From Gracilinanus agilis (lineage: Eukaryota): DNA of 64,000 nt. How positions within the stretch are numbered: the first letter of the stretch is position 1; each line of letters starts with the position of its first letter. A program made the position numbers and the translations under genes. Positions 59,613-64,000 of this stretch are shown here, piece by piece. The stretch lies in the NCBI RefSeq assembly GCF_016433145.1, contig NC_058134.1, positions 289,023,411-289,087,410 on the forward strand. Direction: 5' to 3'. The notes under the pieces are model-generated. The model did not search any database and was not told where the DNA came from. It worked only from the letters and a program-made list of their open reading frames with translations.

Positions 59613-59920
59613 TTGAAGTGTTCTGCCCTGGGGGAAAGAAGTGGAGAAGCTAGAATGTGCAAAGATAGTTCATCCCAGAGTCTTCTCTGTTATATGTTCC
59701 TAGGCAGCCACGAGGTGAAGTGAATAGATTGCTGGACCTCAAGTTGGGAGACCTCAGTTCAAATGCAACTTCAGACACTCATTACTTGTGTGAACCATTT
59801 ATTTTCTATTTTCTTCAACTATAAGATGTGGTTAATAATAGCACCTATCTCTCAGGGTAGATGAAATAGAATTTGTGAAGTGCCTATTGCATCATGGGTG
59901 CTGTGTTAATGTTTATGTAG

Positions 59921-60155
59921 GAACAGCTAGGTAGTACAGTGGATTGGTCCCGGAGTCAGGAAGTCTCATCTTCCTGAGTTCAAATCTAGCTTCAGACACT
60001 TCCTAGGTGTATAACCCTGCGCAAATCACTTAGTTGTTTGCCTCAGTTTCTTCATCTGTAAAACGATCTGGAGAAGGAAATTTCTTTACCAAGAAAACTT
60101 CAAAAGGGATCATGAAGAGTCAGACAAAACTGAAAATTATTGAACAACCATAACA
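59921..60155 (+). mobile_element. Mar1-type CORE-SINE
   Basis: tRNA-like head, MIR core and RTE-like tail (CTGGAGAAGGAAAT...CAAGAAAAC...GAAGAGTCAGACAAAACTGAA...GAACAAC). Confidence 0.72.
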
Positions 60156-61084
60156 AAATGTTTCTTTCCTCTCCTCCTGGTGAAGGACACAGAGAGGTAG
60201 GATCCCATGTTGAATCTATAGCAGTTTCCCTACAATGACCAGGATTCCCTGTTCTGAGCTTCATATAGTGGATAGAGCCCTGGATTTAGAATCAGGGAGG
60301 TCAGGGTTCAAATCCTACCAATTTCCTAGCTGTATTATTTTGGGGAAATCACTTACCTTCACCTCCTTAGGTGTAGGACCCAAATTTATGTTCCTTTGAT
60401 CCTTATGCACCTCAGTGGGTCACAGAGTTATAAGGGTTTGGAAAACTCATCTGATCCAACCTTTTCATTGAACAGGTGAGGAAACTGAGACCTAGAGAAT
60501 TAAAGCAGCATGCCTGAAGTTACACAGCTAAAAAGAAGCTGAGCTCAGATAGAAGCTTAGGTGTTTGGACTCCAACTTCAGAGCTCTTTTGCTCTATGCC
60601 AATTGCTGCCTGACACAGAATTACCTCATCTCATCAGGTGGCTATCACTCACCGAACACAGACCTTCGCCCACTAGTCAGAGTCACAAGGTCAGGGGTTA
60701 ATAGCCAGTGCTGTCTGATTGAGGATCATGGACATAGACTAATAATGCCAAGTCTGGACTCTGGAGTCAATTGGTCCTGGAAATCCAAAGAAAAACAAAT
60801 AATAATGGTCCTTGGAGTCAGCTCAGTGTATACAGAATCAGACCTGGAAATTGGAGGTCCTGGGTTCAAATTTGGCTTCAAACATTTGCTAGCTGTATGG
60901 CCCTGGGCAAGTCACTTAACCCCAATTGCTTAGCCCTTACTGTTCTTCTGCCTCAGAACCAATACTTAGTATCCATTCTAAGGCAGAAAGTAAGGGTTAA
61001 AAAAATTTTTAATGGTCCTTGTCCTCAAAGAGCTCACATTCTAATGGGCAGACATCATGCAAACAACTCTGTACATAGAAGATA

Positions 61085-61511
61085 TAGTCATCCCTCACTA
61101 TATCACAGTTCACTTATCACAGTTTCACTGAATTATGGGTTTGTAAAAAAAATCTAATTCTGTATCACTGGGTTTTTGCTATATCGCGGGATGAATGCCA
61201 AACTATAACAAGAGAAATGCAGTATTCCACTGCCACTTGCACAAGTTTGCCAATGTGAGATTGGCTGATGGAATGAAAGGTGACCAACCACAGTCCTGTG
61301 TTCTGTATCTTGGATACTGATTGGCTCAGTGTTTATAAGATTGTGGGAATGGCTAATAAGAGTGTGGAAAAGGCTTATAGGAGAGTGGGAAGGGTTTATA
61401 AAGTATATATATACATACATACATAATAAATATAACACCACTACTTCATGGATTTTCACCTACTGTGGGGGTCTCTGGAATGTAACTCCTGTGATAGGTG
61501 AGGGATCACTG
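61085..61511 (+). mobile_element. Putative Tigger/pogo-type MITE (about 427 bp)
   Basis: Imperfect TIRs TAGTCATCCCTCACTATATCAC versus (reverse complement) CAGTGATCCCTCACCTATCAC; TA on the left, TT on the right. Confidence 0.55.
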
Positions 61512-62277
61512 TTCATACATAGAGTGTCAAGTTGACAAGTATTCATTAAGCACCTTCTATATACCAGGCACTGTACTAAGTCCTAGGTATAGAAAAAAGA
61601 GCAAAAATATAGTCCTTGCTCTCATGGAGCTTACATTCTAAAAAGACAACATGCAAAAACTCTGTACCTATAAGATACACACTCATACTGTGCCAAGTCA
61701 AGTCAACAGGCATTTATGAAGTGTTCGCTCTGTTCTAGGCACTGTGCTAAGTACTGGGGATACAAAAATTACAAAAACATGATCTCTGCCTTCATGGAGT
61801 TCATATCTTAATAGGGGAAACAACAAACAAGAAAACTGAACATGCAAGAAATACAGGGTAAATGGGAGGTCATTTCGGAAGCAAAGTACAAGCAGGGGAA
61901 CAACCTCTTACAAAAAGTGGGGATTTGAATTCTCTTGAAGGAAGCAGGAGAAGCAAATGAGGAAGGAGAATATTCCAGACAATTGCCCTTCCTCTGTGCT
62001 TTTGGACCCCAATCACATGTAAAAAGTCACCAGGGCAAAGCCAGAGGAAATAAATTCATTCCAGGGTTCACATTCATCTCTTTGCCTGATAATTAGGAGA
62101 CACTCCGTACTGAGGCTTTGTTGACACAACTGTAGAACAAATGGTGATAGATGGGCCTGCTGTCCCTATTCTTGGAGCTCATATGATCTTCCAGGATTGG
62201 GAACTTTAAACTAAGTGGGCAAGCTCCTCAAGACCTTAACATGCTTTAGGATTTGATCTTCTAAAAAATGTGTAGTT

Positions 62278-62280
<3 letters not shown>

Positions 62281-62332
<52 letters not shown>
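62281..62332 (+). repeat. (TA)26 microsatellite
   Basis: Direct read. Confidence 0.97.
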
Positions 62333-62335
<3 letters not shown>

Positions 62336-62420
62336 ATACATATGGAAGAGGAGAAGAAGGGCAGATGATCTTCTTTGCTTGGGGCCTTCCACTAATTTTT
62401 TTCTTTTTAAAAAACCTTCT

Positions 62421-63625
62421 ACCCATTCCTATTAAAAAAACATTAGAAAGCATAGGAATAAATGGGTCATTACTTTAAATGATAAATAATGTCTACTTAA
62501 AACCTTCAGCAAATGCCATCTGTAATGGGGATGAGTTAGAAACCTTCCCAATAAAATCAAGGGTGAAGCAAAGATGCCCATTATCACCACTATTACTTAA
62601 TATTGTATTAGAAATGCTAGCTTTAGCAATAAGGAAAGAAAAAAGAAAATGAAGGAATTAAAGTGGGCAATGGGGAAACAAAACTATTGCTCTCTGCAGA
62701 TGATATGATGGTATACTTAGAGAATCCCAGAGAATCAACTGAATATAAAATACTTGGGAATCTACTTGTCAAGGCAAACACAGGAATCATATGAACACAG
62801 TTACAAAATACTTTTCACACAAATAAATTCAGATCTAAACAACTGGAAAAATATTAATTGCTCATGGATAGGTAGGGCTAATATAATTAAAATGACATTT
62901 CTATCTCAATTAGTTAATTTATTCAGTGCCATATGAATCAAACAACCAAATAATTATTTTCTAGAACTAGAGAAAATAATAACAAAATTCATCTGGAAGA
63001 ACAAAAGATCAAGAATATCAAAGGAACTTATTAAAAAAATATGAAGGGGGGGCAGCTGGGTAGCTCAGTGGAGTGAGAGTCAGGCCTAGAGACAGGAGGT
63101 CCTAGGTTCAAATCTGGCCTCAGCCACTTCCCAGCTGTGTGACCCTGGGCAAGTACTTGACCCCCATTGCCCACCCTTACCAATCTTCCACCTAGGAGAC
63201 AATACACCAAAGTACAAGGGTTTAAAAAAAAATAAAATTAAAAAAAAAATGTGAAGGAGGCCTACTAGTACCTGATCTTAAACTGTACTGTAAAGCAGCA
63301 ATCATCAAAACAACCTGGTACTGGCTAAGGAATAGAATGGTAGATCAATAGAGTAGATTAGAGACACAACATATAGGGGTAAATGACCTTAGCAATCTAG
63401 TGTTTGATAAACCCAAAGATCCCAGCTTTTGGAACAAGAACTCACTCTTTTATAAACACTACTGGGAAAATTGGATGGCAGAAGCTTAGCATGTACCAAT
63501 ATTTTACACCCTATACCAAGATAAGGTCAAAATGGACATATGATTTAGATATAAAGAGTGATACCATAGCTGAATTCGGAGAACATAGGATAATTTACCT
63601 GGCAAATGTTTGGAAAAGGAAAGAT
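62421..63625 (+). mobile_element. Degraded L1 ORF2 (RT region) fragment with internal deletion and SINE insertion
   Basis: Motifs YLKPSAN...[20 protein letters not shown], (S)ADDMMVYLENP, KYLGI and WYW, with frameshifts and stops. Confidence 0.9.
63047..63242 (+). mobile_element. Young opossum SINE (SINE1_Mdo-like) inside the L1 ORF2 fragment
   Basis: Near-identical to the 26086 copy; flanks AAAAAAATATGAAGG / AAAAAAATGTGAAGG (TSD with one mismatch). Confidence 0.9.
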
Positions 63626-63789
63626 TTTTTTAATTAATTAATTAATTTGGAATATTTTTCTATGTTTACATGATTCATGTTCTTTCCCTCACCTCCTTCC
63701 TCCCCTGTCCCATAGCCAACAAGCAATTCCACTGGGTTTTGCAGGTATCATTGATCAAGACCTATTTCCATATTATTAATATTTGCAAT
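63626..63789 (-). mobile_element. Short L1 3' end fragment, antisense
   Basis: Reverse complement resembles the 3' end of the L1 at 38690-38860 (GGAAATAGGTCTTGAT...AAAACCAGTGGAA). Confidence 0.75.
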
Positions 63790-63888
63790 ATTAATTGCAA
63801 ATATTAATATTTGGAGGGTTGGGCGTGGGGCTAGCAACCCCACCCTGTAAAAAAACTACATCTGCTAAAGAAACTGCAACCTAAAGTA

Positions 63889-64000
63889 GGGGCAGCTGGG
63901 CTAGCTCAGTGGATTGAGAGCCAGGCCTAGAGACGAAAGGTCCTAGGTTCAAATTCGGCCTCAGACACTTCCCACCCAGCTGGGTGACCCTGAGCGACTG
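63889..64000 (+). mobile_element. Opossum SINE, 5' part (cut by window end)
   Basis: GGGGCAGCTGGGCTAGCTCAGTGG...GGTTCAAATTC. Confidence 0.85.

Overview
Marsupial genomic DNA, most likely opossum (Monodelphis-type CORE-SINEs, Mar1/MIR, L1 and L2 relics), from the type II keratin cluster. It holds three complete 9-exon keratin genes on the + strand, all with GT-AG introns and open frames that I checked exon by exon. They are KRT75 (7167-18296, 558 aa), a gene best assigned as KRT90/KRT124 (20716-33662, 525 aa; a pseudogene in human) and the hair keratin KRT82 (42972-56785, 516 aa). The window opens with the 5' end of a young antisense LINE-1, with an open ORF1 and a CpG-rich 5'UTR. Introns and intergenic DNA are dense with SINEs, L1/L2 fragments, hAT and Tigger-like MITEs and microsatellites, and there are two intronic N gaps. 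I found no clearly novel multi-gene system. The best second-look items are a perfect 56-bp-arm fold-back inside a decayed MIR in KRT82 intron 2, the intact KRT90, an ORF0-like antisense mini-exon with a consensus splice donor in the L1 5'UTR, two young hAT MITEs with perfect TSDs, and a nested TE stack right behind the KRT82 stop codon. Repeat family names are from recalled consensus motifs, not from a database search.
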